A stretch of DNA of 64,000 nucleotides from Candidatus Latescibacterota bacterium (GCA_965237675.1 OZ250150.1:3520001-3584000); one strand, 5' to 3'; shown: positions 1 through 10,355, counted from the first letter of the stretch. Numbers and translations: made by a program. Notes: generated by a model not told the origin, from the letters alone.

Positions 1-5
1 GAGCC

Positions 6-842
6 GTGACCACGAGACTGGCATGCTCTGATTTTACTTTTCCCCTGCTTACGCACAATGGGGCGCTTCAACTGGTCTCCATGCTGGGATTTGCGGGTGT
101 GGACATAGGCCTCTTCGAGGAGCGTTCTCATCTATGGCCATCCAACGAGTTTCGGAATGCGGCGCGGTCGGCGCGCTCGCTGAGAAGGAAACTGGATGAC
201 CTGGACCTGGAGCCCGCGGATATTTTTTTGCAGATGTCGATGGATTTCGCGCCGTATGCGATCAATCATCCACAGCGTACACGTCGGCAAAAAGCGCGAG
301 ACTGGTTTCTGAAAGCGGTGGAATACGCCGCTGAGTGCGGGTGTCGGCACGTAACGACATTACCGGGTGTGCGCAATCCTGGTGAATCGCGCGCCGATTC
401 CTTTGCCCGATCAGTAGAGGAATTGAACTGGCGTGTGGCGCGGGCCGGTGCGCACGATATTGTTTTTGGTGTGGAACCGCACGTCGGTTCTCTGGTTCCC
501 CGGCCGAAATCGGCGGAAAGACTGGTGGAGGCCGTTCCCGGTCTGACGTTGACGCTGGATTACACACACTTCACGCGGATCGGGCTGCCGGATTCGGATG
601 TCGAGCCGCTCATGAAATATGCCAGCCACTTCCATGCGCGCGGCGCGCGGCGGGGTCGGTTGCAGACGTCGTTCGATAAAAATGCAATTGACTACAGACG
701 GGTTGTTGAAGTGATGAAGGCGACGGGATATGCGGGATGGCTTGGCGTCGAGTACATATGGATCGACTGGGAGCATTGCAACGAATGCGACAACGTATCC
801 GAGACGGTGAGGTTTCGAGATTTCTTCAGATCCCTGTATTAA
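6..842 (+). CDS. Sugar phosphate isomerase/epimerase (xylose isomerase-like TIM barrel)
   Basis: GFAGVDI, VEPHVG, TLDYTHF, FHARG and GYAGWLGVEY metal-binding pattern of the AP_endonuc_2 family; GTG start. Confidence 0.85.
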   Translation: MTTRLACSDFTFPLLTHNGALQLVSMLGFAGVDIGLFEERSHLWPSNEFRNAARSARSLRRKLDDLDLEPADIFLQMSMDFAPYAINHPQRTRRQKARDWFLKAVEYAAECGCRHVTTLPGVRNPGESRADSFARSVEELNWRVARAGAHDIVFGVEPHVGSLVPRPKSAERLVEAVPGLTLTLDYTHFTRIGLPDSDVEPLMKYASHFHARGARRGRLQTSFDKNAIDYRRVVEVMKATGYAGWLGVEYIWIDWEHCNECDNVSETVRFRDFFRSLY

Positions 843-1005
843 AACACGCATGGGAATCATCAATCCGACCATGGACACGAACCTGCAGTCTTGATGTGAC
901 GCTTTCCAGGCGAGGAATTTGGGTGTGTTTCATTCAGTTCGCATCGAGACGCGTGCTTCGTTCGGCACTTCGGCGGCGGCCGGGCCCGGCTGGTTTTTTG
1001 ACCTA

Positions 1006-1034
1006 TTGACAAGCCTTGAAATCAAGAGTATATT
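1006..1034 (+). promoter_or_regulatory. Sigma70-type promoter of ssb
   Basis: TTGACA (1006-1011), 17-nt spacer, TATATT (1029-1034); spacer contains the palindrome CTTGA-AA-TCAAG. Confidence 0.65.
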
Positions 1035-1112
1035 CGTTTGATCGCTCTTGCGGAAGGGATGGTGCCATCATTTCTATCAGGTTGTTTTTATTTTATTTAA
1101 AGGAGGCCTATT

Positions 1113-1619
1113 GTGGCACGTGGAGGCGTAAACAAGGTGATTCTGATTGGCAATATCGGGGCGGATCCTGAGTTGAGATACACACCCAACGGGACTGCCG
1201 TTTCAAACTTCAATGTGGCGACCAACGAAAATTGGACGGATAAATCGGGAGAACGCCAGGAACGAACCGAGTGGCACCGGATTGTGGTATGGGGCCGGCT
1301 GGCCGAGATCTGCAATCAATATCTGCGGAAAGGCAGCAAGGTCTATATTGAGGGGCGTCTGCAGACCAGTAGCTGGGAAGGGCAGGATGGTCAGAAGCGA
1401 TACACCACCGAGGTGGTAGCCAGAGACATGCAAATGCTGAGTTCTCGCGACGACCCCGATACCGATACCGGTAGCGGTTATTCTCAGGGGCAGCGCGCGC
1501 CCGCGGACGGAACACCGGACAATCGACAGGGCTCCGTCGACACCGGGGGCGGCCCCGATACGGGGTCAGGCGAGTCGGGCCCGCCGACCATTGGCGCGGA
1601 CGACGACCTTCCGTTCTGA
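1113..1619 (+). CDS. ssb: Single-stranded DNA-binding protein
   Basis: VNKVILIGN...[27 protein letters not shown], acidic tail DDDLPF; AAGGAGG RBS. Confidence 0.98.
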   Translation: MARGGVNKVILIGNIGADPELRYTPNGTAVSNFNVATNENWTDKSGERQERTEWHRIVVWGRLAEICNQYLRKGSKVYIEGRLQTSSWEGQDGQKRYTTEVVARDMQMLSSRDDPDTDTGSGYSQGQRAPADGTPDNRQGSVDTGGGPDTGSGESGPPTIGADDDLPF

Positions 1620-1692
1620 ACGGAGGGCGCCGGCATCGCGAAATCGTCTTGAGTTCTGTCCCGGGAATAATTGCCGAAGTTCGGCCGCCGAG

Positions 1693-1795
1693 CGCGTCCC
1701 GACAAGCCCGTTTCGACGAGCTCAACGCACGCAACGCAGCGTGTCGGGATGAACCGGCGCCTGCCTGTGCGTGCTGCCTCACGCACGCAGACAGG
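1693..1795. repeat. Stacked REP-like hairpins downstream of ssb
   Basis: TCCCGACA...TGTCGGGA inverted repeat around TTCGACGAGCTCA, followed by CCTGCCTGTGCGTG...CACGCACGCAGACAGG (1760-1795). Confidence 0.4.
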
Positions 1796-1981
1796 GAAGA
1801 ATGGCGACATATTTCCGGGGCAGGACTCCAGGATATCCCCAGATCCGAGGGCTGCGAAATCTTGTTGCAGCCCCATGTTCTGTACGTAAATTGAGGGCAC
1901 TTGTATGGCCGGGACGAGTTTCGCATCCGCCGGTCGGCCGGACATCCGGTGGTCCGGTGTGGAATTTCATTTGGTACGGGT

Positions 1982-2611
1982 ATGTTGAGATTAATTGCGT
2001 TTTTTTCGGGTGCGGCGCTCATGGGGTTGGAAATTGTGGGTAGCCGGGTGCTGGCGCCGTATTTCGGCAGTTCGGTTTTCGTCTGGGGCAGTCTGATCGC
2101 AGTCGTGCTGGCCGCGTTGAGTCTGGGAGCGTATACCGGAGGGAGGCTGGCGGACCGGATGCCATCGGGACGGCCGCTGGCGGGGATGTTGAGCCTGTCA
2201 GGACTGATGGCGCTGGTTCTGCCCTGGGTGGCGGCGACGGTCAACCGGGCCGTTTTTGTTATGGAACTGGGTCCACGCGGCGGTCCGTTGCTGGCCTCGG
2301 TCGTGCTCTTTGCGATACCGGGAGCGGCTTTGGGAGCGATCACGCCGTTTATCGTCCGGATGCTGGCGGACCGCGTGGACAGGGTTGGAGGTGTTGCGGG
2401 GACGGTGTCCGCATTGTCAACAGCGGGTAGTATTGCGGGGACGCTGGGCACTGCGTTTTATCTGATACCCACAATGGGGGTGCGGCTTATACTGCACCTG
2501 ATCGGAGTGGTGCTTCTGGTGTTGGCGGCGATGGCTCTGTGGGGAACGGATAAGCGTGCCGGAGAAAACGAGAGCCCGCGGCAAGAACCCACGAGGCGAA
2601 GAACAGGATGA
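1982..2611 (+). CDS. Membrane (MFS-like) half of a fused MFS/spermidine synthase family protein
   Basis: MGLEIVGSRVLAPYFGSSVFVWGSLI and STAGSIAGTLGTAFYLIP signatures; about 7 TM segments; ATG 1982 preferred over TTG 1901. Confidence 0.85.
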   Translation: MLRLIAFFSGAALMGLEIVGSRVLAPYFGSSVFVWGSLIAVVLAALSLGAYTGGRLADRMPSGRPLAGMLSLSGLMALVLPWVAATVNRAVFVMELGPRGGPLLASVVLFAIPGAALGAITPFIVRMLADRVDRVGGVAGTVSALSTAGSIAGTLGTAFYLIPTMGVRLILHLIGVVLLVLAAMALWGTDKRAGENESPRQEPTRRRTG

Positions 2612-2694
2612 CAGACGTATACGCGACGTGGAACCGTGGGGCGGTTGGAGCGAGGCAAGGATACGTAGATACGAAGACCGCATCCGGACCGACC

Positions 2695-3636
2695 TTGAAC
2701 CGTCTCAAACTCAATCTGCTCCCATTCAAAATATCCTTTCTCAATGTCCTTATTTTTCTTATTACAGCATGCGACGTCCGGCCGGAGATACCCGAGCGAG
2801 AACGGCTGGTCTACGTCCATGATTCGTTGTATAATCATATCGTGATTTCGGAAGACAGTGAAGCCCGGTATCTGAGGTTCGGTTATCGCCAGAAACAGAG
2901 CGCGATGACGCTATCAGATCCAACGGCGTTGCGCGTACCGTACACCGCGTACCTGGCGGTTGGAATGGCATTTACGAATCCGGAATCGATGCTGATGATC
3001 GGGCTGGCGGGGGGTTCGGTGGTCCGATTTGTCCGGTCCTACCGTCCGGCAGTAACCATGGATGTGGTCGAACTGGACGCGGACGTGGTTCGCGTGGCCA
3101 AGCGGTATTTCGGTGTCGAGGAAGGCGCCGGTCACAAGATTCACGTGGACGACGGGCGGATGTTTGTGAAGCGGACGGCGGGCCGGTACGACTGGGTCAT
3201 CCTCGACGCGTTTCACGCAGATTCGATGCCGTACCATCTCGCAACGGTGGAGTTTTTCAAGGAGGTCAGGAAAATCCTGAATCCGGGTGGCGTCGTGACA
3301 GTGAACGTGGCGCCTCTGGGTCCGGGTGTGTTGTATCTGTCAATCATTCGAACCCTGGCGGAGGCGTTTCCGCAGGTGTACCTGTTTCAGGTTCCTGAGC
3401 GAAGCAATGTCGTGGCGGTGGCCACACTGGACGACGAGCGGCGTTCTGGACGCGATATCGCACAGGCTATAGGCGTGTTGAAGTCGGAAATGGGTGACGC
3501 GCTGGAATTGCTGAACGTGACAACTCCGTACGGAGACCATAAGCCGGTGGTTCGAGGCAGTCCGGTGCTGACGGACGATTATGCGCCGGTTGACTGGCTG
3601 AGATACTGGCGGGCACCGGCGGCGAGCATCAAGTAG
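2695..3636 (+). CDS. Spermidine synthase-like SAM-dependent transferase domain with putative lipoprotein signal
   Basis: DSLYNHIVI, LMIGLAGGS, VVELD, DDGR, DWVILDAF, LTDDYAPVD; in-frame TTG 2695 gives a basic-hydrophobic-ITAC signal; frame is open from ATG 2608, so the start is uncertain. Confidence 0.8.
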   Translation: MNRLKLNLLPFKISFLNVLIFLITACDVRPEIPERERLVYVHDSLYNHIVISEDSEARYLRFGYRQKQSAMTLSDPTALRVPYTAYLAVGMAFTNPESMLMIGLAGGSVVRFVRSYRPAVTMDVVELDADVVRVAKRYFGVEEGAGHKIHVDDGRMFVKRTAGRYDWVILDAFHADSMPYHLATVEFFKEVRKILNPGGVVTVNVAPLGPGVLYLSIIRTLAEAFPQVYLFQVPERSNVVAVATLDDERRSGRDIAQAIGVLKSEMGDALELLNVTTPYGDHKPVVRGSPVLTDDYAPVDWLRYWRAPAASIK

Positions 3637-3695
3637 AGGCGGTATTGCGCGGTGTTGTCACACCGCGCGATGCCTTAAGGTAAGGGAGGCATGCA

Positions 3696-5351
3696 ATGGC
3701 CGAGATATGGAATCCGGAACCCGAGTTGCTGGCGTCTCTGGATGCGGCTGTACCTGGGATTCTGGCGTCTCAGAAGGAGAACGGGGAGTTTGGCACAGAG
3801 CCGTGGGTCTGTGGGGATCAGAATATTATTTTTCCTCTGGCTGCGGCGTGGCATCTTGAAGAAAGTCGATATCACCGGAACAACGACGTGCTGGCGGCAA
3901 TCGTCCGTGGCGGGGACGCTCTGATTGATGCACAGGATGAACAAGGGAAGTGGACGTTCTTGAAGAAGGACTATTCGGAGTGGGGCCAGATCTTCATGCC
4001 GTGGACGTACAGCCGATGGATCCGTGCGTATCAGATCGTGCAAGAAGCAATGGAACGCGATGCTCTTGTCCGGTGGGAGGAGGCGCTTCTGAAGGGGTAC
4101 GACGGGATTTCCCGGACGTGTCTGCATCACGTTCACAATATACCGGCCTATCATTCAATGGGCCTGTTTTGCGCTGGCACGGTATTCGGGCGGGAAGACT
4201 GGAGTGCGCAGTCGCGAGCGTTTATGGCAAGGGTGGCGGGCCGGCAGTCGCCGCAGGGTTGGTGGGCCGAGCACAATGGGCCCGTCGTGGCGTACAACTT
4301 CGTATATTCGGATGCATTGGGGATCTATTACGGGATGTCGGGCGACGGGGAGGTGTTGCCCGCGCTTGAACGGGCGGCGCGATACCACGCGAGTCTGACC
4401 TATCCGGACGGGAGTCCCGTGGAGACTGTGGACGGGCGCAACCCGTACCACCGCGGCATCCATCTTGGCAATCCGGGGTTCAGCCATACGGCGTCGGGAA
4501 GAGGGTACCTGGCGCGGCAACACGAGCTGTTTCTGGAAGAGGGCAACCGGTTTGACCCGGATTATGCTGCAAGTCTACTGCTTCACGGCGGCCGGGGTGA
4601 GGCTAAGGAGACCACCGCCGGGCAGGAGCGGCACGTCTATCGGATGGGGAATGAAGCGACCGCAGTGAGACACAGCCCATGGTTCTTCTGTCTGTCGGCT
4701 TTCGTGGTGGATTTTCCTCAGAATCGGTGGGGTCAGGATCGACAGAATTTCGTAAGCGTGTTTCACGATAAGGTGGGGTTGGTTGTGGGCGGCGGGAACA
4801 CAAAGCTGCAACCGTTGTGGAGTTCGTTCACCGTAGGGGACAAGCGCCTCTTGGCACACACCCCCGGGGATGAAGATCCGGATTTCGATGTGCCCGAGGG
4901 ATTGATCCACGTGCCCGGCGAACTTTCCTACGTCTCCGGAGAAGATCGTGGCCGGTTGAGCATGGGTTACGGCGAGGAGACGTGTGGGATCGAGGTTGCG
5001 GTTGAGACAGAGACGAAACTGACGCTGGTGTACGAGGCGACGGCAAATTCCGGGATGCCTGTGGCCGGGCATGTGACGCTGATGCCGCATCTGGATCTGC
5101 CGGTTGGTCTCGCCTCGGGTGCGTCGGTCATGCTGGCTGACGAGAGGCTGGAATGGTCGGAGGAGGCATGGATAGACCATGCAGGCTGGCGATTGCATAT
5201 GTCGCCTGGCAGCCAGGTGGTCTGGCCGGTGTTGCCGCACAATCCGTATCGGAAGGCCGGTGATTCGACCATTGAGGAGGGGAGACTGGTGGTGGTTCTG
5301 CCCTTCTCAGCCGATGTACGCCGCCACGTGTTGAATTTGGAGGTGTTGTAG
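3696..5351 (+). CDS. Hypothetical protein, probable alpha/alpha-barrel plus beta-sandwich (lyase/heparinase-like)
   Basis: 551-aa ORF with GGGAGG RBS; helical repeats ending QxxxGxW/F (SQKENGEF, AQDEQGKW, RQSPQGWW); beta-rich C-terminus. Confidence 0.7.
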   Translation: MAEIWNPEPELLASLDAAVPGILASQKENGEFGTEPWVCGDQNIIFPLAAAWHLEESRYHRNNDVLAAIVRGGDALIDAQDEQGKWTFLKKDYSEWGQIFMPWTYSRWIRAYQIVQEAMERDALVRWEEALLKGYDGISRTCLHHVHNIPAYHSMGLFCAGTVFGREDWSAQSRAFMARVAGRQSPQGWWAEHNGPVVAYNFVYSDALGIYYGMSGDGEVLPALERAARYHASLTYPDGSPVETVDGRNPYHRGIHLGNPGFSHTASGRGYLARQHELFLEEGNRFDPDYAASLLLHGGRGEAKETTAGQERHVYRMGNEATAVRHSPWFFCLSAFVVDFPQNRWGQDRQNFVSVFHDKVGLVVGGGNTKLQPLWSSFTVGDKRLLAHTPGDEDPDFDVPEGLIHVPGELSYVSGEDRGRLSMGYGEETCGIEVAVETETKLTLVYEATANSGMPVAGHVTLMPHLDLPVGLASGASVMLADERLEWSEEAWIDHAGWRLHMSPGSQVVWPVLPHNPYRKAGDSTIEEGRLVVVLPFSADVRRHVLNLEVL

Positions 5352-5408
5352 CAACGCAAAATCGTATTGCAGCGGTAATTATCGCTTCGTCTGATATGCC
5401 AGGTTTGT

Positions 5409-6263
5409 ATGGGGTGGTTCAATATACGCGTGAAACTACCGCGCAACGCTTCGGATACAGCCGCCGGGCTGCTGTTTGACCTGGGAAGTTGCGGCCTCGA
5501 GGTCGAAGACGGCCTGGCCAACGCGGCGACGCGGCTGACGGCATACTTCCCCGACAACCCGGACCGTTGCAGCGTGGCGTCTGACTTCAGGGATCGGCTG
5601 AATACACTGGTTGCAGGCCTGACGGGTGTGCGCGTTGACGTCGCGACGGTGCCGCCGGAAGATTGGTCGGCCACCTGGAAAGCCTGGTTTAAGCCCGTTT
5701 TTCCGATCCCGTCTCTTGCAATATGCCCACCCTGGGAACGGGTCGCCGACTCCGATGGAGGAGTCAGTCTGGTTATCGAGCCGAAGACGGCTTTTGGAAC
5801 CGGGCACCACGAGACAACCCGATTGGCCCTGCGGATGATGCACGCCGTTCTGGAATCCGGTAACGAAGTGCTGGACGTCGGCACGGGCTCCGGCATCCTG
5901 AGCCTTGCGGCGGCCAAGTTGGGCGCAGGTCGGGTGATGGGCATCGATACTGATGCTCTGGCCGTAGAAAATGCCCGCGCGAATAGGGGATTGAACGAAA
6001 TAGCAGTCAACGTGGAGTTTCGCAAGGGAACGGTTAGCGACGTGTCGGGCATGTTCGACGTCGTCGTGGCGAATATCTCAAGCCGAACGCTTGTGACACT
6101 GCTGCCTGCGCTGGCTTCACGGCTTGGGCCGCGGGGGAGTCTGATCCTCGGGGGGATGCTGGTTGGAGAAGAGGCAGTGATGCTGGATGCACTCGGAGAG
6201 GCCGGGTTGCAGGCCCTGGACGTATGCGCCGAGAACGGCTGGTTGGGCATTCGAGCCGCTTGA
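5409..6263 (+). CDS. prmA: 50S ribosomal protein L11 methyltransferase
   Basis: EDWSATWK, IEPKTAFGTGHHETT, VLDVGTGSGIL, FDVVVANI. Confidence 0.95.
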   Translation: MGWFNIRVKLPRNASDTAAGLLFDLGSCGLEVEDGLANAATRLTAYFPDNPDRCSVASDFRDRLNTLVAGLTGVRVDVATVPPEDWSATWKAWFKPVFPIPSLAICPPWERVADSDGGVSLVIEPKTAFGTGHHETTRLALRMMHAVLESGNEVLDVGTGSGILSLAAAKLGAGRVMGIDTDALAVENARANRGLNEIAVNVEFRKGTVSDVSGMFDVVVANISSRTLVTLLPALASRLGPRGSLILGGMLVGEEAVMLDALGEAGLQALDVCAENGWLGIRAA

Positions 6264-6452
6264 AGAATCGGGATTGAAACCTGCGGATCACGTGTGCCGG
6301 TGAAACCGTCGCTACCTGGATTACGATCGATTTGGAGACGTTCGGTAAGCAGGCCCCGACGCATTGCAAGAGCCGATTCAATCGGTTGACGATGAACGCC
6401 GGGAACCGGGGCTCGCGGACGACGTTTCGGGCGATATGACGGGGATCGGCTT

Positions 6453-7565
6453 CTATGCGAGTTTCAGCATTTTCTCGGTCGACTTGAGACCATGTCCCGT
6501 CAGGGGTGCCACAATGCACTCGTCTCCGTGCGCGGAGATTTTTTTAAAGGCCGCTATAGCGGTTGCAGACGTCGGTTCGGCGTATAAGCCCTGTTTACAG
6601 ATATCCAGCAGGGCTTTTTCAATTTCTACATCGGTGACGGCGATGACCTGGCCACCGGTCTCGTTAATGATGTCCAGGATTTGAGAGGCACGCGTGGGTT
6701 CCGCGATGGCGATTCCTTCGGCAACGGTATCGCCCCAGGAGGTGGGGGGAAGCTCCGACAGCTGATCCCGCCACATTCGATAGAGGGGGGCGCAGGCGGC
6801 GGCCTGCACAGCGATCATTTTGGGCAGCCTGGCGATCAGCCCGTTCTTCAGCAGATCCTGGAACCCAAGATAGGCGCCGATCAGCAGGGTGCCGTGCCCT
6901 GTGGGAACGATTAAGGTATCGGGTGCGTGGAAATCGAGTTGTTCCCAGATTTCGAATGCGTAGGTTTTGGTGCCCTGAAAAAAAAACGGGTTCCAGACGT
7001 GGCTTGCGTAAAAGTGGCGTTCGGCCGCTTCCATTGCCGCGCGGGCGGTGGCTGCCCTGGAGCCGGGAACGCGGTTCAGTTTCGCGCCGTAGAGCCGGAT
7101 TTGCGCGAGTTTTCCTGGAGAAGTGGATTCGGGCACGTATATTTCGCATTGGATGCCCGCCTTTGCCGCATACGCGGCCACAGCGGCGCCGGCGTTGCCC
7201 GAGGAGTCCTCCACGACTTTCTCGATGCCCAGTTCGAGAGCGCGGCTGATCAGGAGAGAGGCGCCTCGATCCTTGAAGGATCCCGTTGGAAAGAGGTTTT
7301 CCTGTTTGACGGTAATGGGTTTGCCGTCGATCTGTGTCCGAATAAGGGGTGTGGACCCTTCGTTGAAAGAGACGATGTGGGTATCCGCCCTGATCGGCAG
7401 CGCTTCTCGATACCGCCACATTCCGGGCGGCCGCATCCTGATCCTGCTGGCGTCGATGGTACCCTCGAAACCAACATCCAGGGGCGCGCCGCAGTCACAT
7501 CTCCAAAGTCGGGTGTCCTCGGAATGGATCGCGTCGCAGGCCCGGCAGAGGATCTGTAATTTCAT
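6453..7565 (-). CDS. thrC: Threonine synthase (PLP-dependent, fold type II)
   Basis: MWRYREALP, EGSTPL, PTGSFKDRG, EDSSGNAG, PTGHGTLL, EPTSA, LTGHGLK. Confidence 0.85.
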   Translation of the reverse strand: MKLQILCRACDAIHSEDTRLWRCDCGAPLDVGFEGTIDASRIRMRPPGMWRYREALPIRADTHIVSFNEGSTPLIRTQIDGKPITVKQENLFPTGSFKDRGASLLISRALELGIEKVVEDSSGNAGAAVAAYAAKAGIQCEIYVPESTSPGKLAQIRLYGAKLNRVPGSRAATARAAMEAAERHFYASHVWNPFFFQGTKTYAFEIWEQLDFHAPDTLIVPTGHGTLLIGAYLGFQDLLKNGLIARLPKMIAVQAAACAPLYRMWRDQLSELPPTSWGDTVAEGIAIAEPTRASQILDIINETGGQVIAVTDVEIEKALLDICKQGLYAEPTSATAIAAFKKISAHGDECIVAPLTGHGLKSTEKMLKLA

Positions 7566-8350
7566 GACAGGGTTCTTCCTTTGAGCATGGCGGAGGTGAC
7601 AGCGATCGCCGTGCGGCGCGGAATGAATCGTCCTGTGAAATTGAGCATTTTATTGGTAAGGCCATGGATTACAGAGGGTTTTCTGCCGAGTTTCTTCAGG
7701 GCAAGCGATACGACGGCATCGGGTGTGGCCTCTCTGAAGCCGCTGGCATCCTTGATATGGGCAACCCGAGTGAATTCGGTTCTTGTGAATCCGGGAGAGA
7801 GCGCCAGGCAGTCGACGCCTCTTGCCCTGTATTCTTTCCAGAGGGATTCACCCATCAGCAGGTTGAAGGCTTTGGTGGCGCCGTAGACGCCGAGGTACGG
7901 GGTCGCCTGGTATGCAGCAGTGGATGCAAGAAAGATGAGGCCCCCGCGACCTCTTTTGAGCATTAAGGGCAGATAGTGGTTGGTGAGCAGAACCGGCACC
8001 ACGCAGTTCAACACGGTCATATTAACGACGCGATCGGGGTCCAGGTCCGCATGTGCGCCTGAAAGGCCAAATCCGGCATTGTTGATCAGCAGGCCGATTT
8101 CCAGGTCGCTCGTTTGATCCCCGACCAGGCAACAGGTATTGTGACCCGTGAGGTCGGCGGGAACGACGCGGGTCTGTACGCCGTGAGCCCGTTCGACACC
8201 GTCGGCGAGGGCCTCCATTCGTTCTGCCCGGCGGGCTACGAGCGCCACGTTCAGGCCTCTGGCCGCCAGTTGCTTCACAAATTCCGCTCCGAGGCCGGAT
8301 GAAGCGCCGGTGACGAGGGCCCAGGGGCCATACTTCTCGTGCCATTGCAT
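7562..8350 (-). CDS. SDR family NAD(P)-dependent oxidoreductase
   Basis: TGASSGLG, NNAG, YGATK; 4-nt overlap with the thrC start. Confidence 0.93.
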   Translation of the reverse strand: MQWHEKYGPWALVTGASSGLGAEFVKQLAARGLNVALVARRAERMEALADGVERAHGVQTRVVPADLTGHNTCCLVGDQTSDLEIGLLINNAGFGLSGAHADLDPDRVVNMTVLNCVVPVLLTNHYLPLMLKRGRGGLIFLASTAAYQATPYLGVYGATKAFNLLMGESLWKEYRARGVDCLALSPGFTRTEFTRVAHIKDASGFREATPDAVVSLALKKLGRKPSVIHGLTNKMLNFTGRFIPRRTAIAVTSAMLKGRTLS

Positions 8351-8432
8351 AGAGACGGCTCCTTCCCGGTCGGTGAGACCGCCGCCGGGTCACGTCCTGC
8401 GAAGCGGTACGTAAATTCTCCTGTGGGGGAGT

Positions 8433-9284
8433 CTATTCTTTCAGCGCGGCCTCAGCCAATGCGTCGGTATCGGCCACCATCTCTTTCCAGGCGACGTTGG
8501 TATAGTCGGGACCGAAGTCAAATGGCGGGGTCTCGATGCACATTGTACGTTTGTAGCCGATGTGAGCGGCATGCCGGAAGAATCTGCGCCAGTCGACCCG
8601 TCCGTGGCCGGGCGCGAGGTGGGAATCCCGGTCGCCCGCGTTGTCCGCCAGATGAAATGCGACAATCAGGGGGCCCATGACTTCAAAGAAGCGGTGCGCA
8701 TCCCCGCGGCCGGCCACCAGCGCGTGGCCGGTATCCAGGCAGAAGCCCAGCTTGGGGTGGGCGAAGTCCCGGATGATCCGCTCGAAATGCTCGGGTGTGG
8801 AGGTGAATCGCCCGCCGCCGGACGGCAGCATATTTTCCAGGGCGATCGTGAAGTTGAGGGCTTCCGCTTCCCGCAGGAGGACGTCAAGGCTCTTTCCGAT
8901 TTGACGGAAATAAGTTTCAAGGCCTTCCACATCGGCGTCCGTCCGGTTGGTAGTGGGATGCTGGATGCCGATCCTGGCGCCGATCAGCGAGGCTTTTCCC
9001 ATCCAGAGGCGCATTTTGTCCACGGCTCGCCGGCGTACGGTTTCATAGAAGGAAGCGATGTCGTCATCGGGAGAAAACGGCAGATGAAACGTCTCAACGT
9101 GCAGTCCCGCCGCTCGATAGCTTTCGCCCATGGCCTGCAATTCGGCTTCCGTTTTTCCGTTGAACAGCGGCGGCGCGCCTTCGATGCCTGCCAGACCAGC
9201 GAAGTGACAGGTTTCCATGATCTCGCCGTGGGACTTTTCAGCCAATCCATAACCTGTCGTGGTCCACGTCCAGGTTTTCTGCAT
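8433..9284 (-). CDS. Sugar phosphate isomerase/epimerase (TIM barrel)
   Basis: IALENM, CLDTGHA, FHLADN, DSHLAPGHGRVDW, MCIE. Confidence 0.88.
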   Translation of the reverse strand: MQKTWTWTTTGYGLAEKSHGEIMETCHFAGLAGIEGAPPLFNGKTEAELQAMGESYRAAGLHVETFHLPFSPDDDIASFYETVRRRAVDKMRLWMGKASLIGARIGIQHPTTNRTDADVEGLETYFRQIGKSLDVLLREAEALNFTIALENMLPSGGGRFTSTPEHFERIIRDFAHPKLGFCLDTGHALVAGRGDAHRFFEVMGPLIVAFHLADNAGDRDSHLAPGHGRVDWRRFFRHAAHIGYKRTMCIETPPFDFGPDYTNVAWKEMVADTDALAEAALKE

Positions 9285-9401
9285 GATGGTTTCCTTCCCG
9301 TATGGGCGAACCCGGTGTGGTCATCGTTTGACTTGAATGGTTTCCTGATACCCGCTTTTTTGCTGATCAGATCGAATGCGAAGTGCGATATCATCCTGAA
9401 T

Positions 9402-10178
9402 CTATTCCTTAGCTGGTTGCGCCCGTTTGCGTTCCCAGCGATCATACCAGTCCAGCAGTTCAGAGCTCGGCGCGAAATCGTGAATGGTAACGCGTCTGCG
9501 TCCGGGCAGATAGTTGCCGATGTGCCAACCGTTGGGATGGTAGAGCGCGAAATCGCCTGCATCCATATACAACCGCTCCGACCGCGGCATCGCCTGGGTA
9601 TACTCCAGACATGCGCGTTCCCGTTCTTCGTACGATTGGTCTTCCGGTGGTAGCGGCCCCCCTGCGGCGTCGATTTCATCCGGCAGGTCGTCTCGCAGAT
9701 AGCTGCCAGGTACATACCACGTGCAGTTGTCTTCGTAGAGCGGGCAGTTGACTTGGTTGAACCAGAGCGGATCGTGGCTCACCCGGCGAAACTCTTCCAC
9801 GTCGGGTACGTTTGATGTTTCACGCAGGTCCCGGTGCCACCGTGTGCACCAGGGTTTTTCCTTCGGGTCCAGCAGAAGCCCCAGTCGTTCAAGTTTGCCA
9901 TTGGCTATCTTGTGCCGGGGCGTGAGGACTCTACCGATGGCATCCACCAGCGGTGGCAGCTCCGCATAGTCCTGTAAGGGCTTCATGTCGATGGCGTAGT
10001 TGACGATGGGCTGAAGGCGCTGTGCCTGAGAACCGCGTATTTCGCGCGCATAATGCTGCGCTTTCGCAGTGGCCCGACGAAGGTCCCGAATGAGCGATGG
10101 GGGCAGGATCTGCCGGAACACGACGCAACCACGCGCGCGATAGTTGTGGATCATTGAATCACAGAACTTGAAACCCAT
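9402..10178 (-). CDS. Phytanoyl-CoA dioxygenase (PhyH) family Fe(II)/2-OG dioxygenase
   Basis: WHRD (HxD), YVPGS, AGDFALYHPNGWH, RRR. Confidence 0.8.
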   Translation of the reverse strand: MGFKFCDSMIHNYRARGCVVFRQILPPSLIRDLRRATAKAQHYAREIRGSQAQRLQPIVNYAIDMKPLQDYAELPPLVDAIGRVLTPRHKIANGKLERLGLLLDPKEKPWCTRWHRDLRETSNVPDVEEFRRVSHDPLWFNQVNCPLYEDNCTWYVPGSYLRDDLPDEIDAAGGPLPPEDQSYEERERACLEYTQAMPRSERLYMDAGDFALYHPNGWHIGNYLPGRRRVTIHDFAPSSELLDWYDRWERKRAQPAKE

Positions 10179-10355
10179 GTGTTACCCCCGGTTAGCCTTT
10201 CATCGATTCACGGACGATGCAGTGGATATCGGAAATCGGCTGTCGCCGGGTTCCACGGGATCCGCAGGTTCTGCTTCGCCTGTTTTGATGCCCCGATCCG
10301 GTGCGGATTACGACGATCGGGCATCGGAATCACTCCATGTCGTCTCCGCCCGCGT

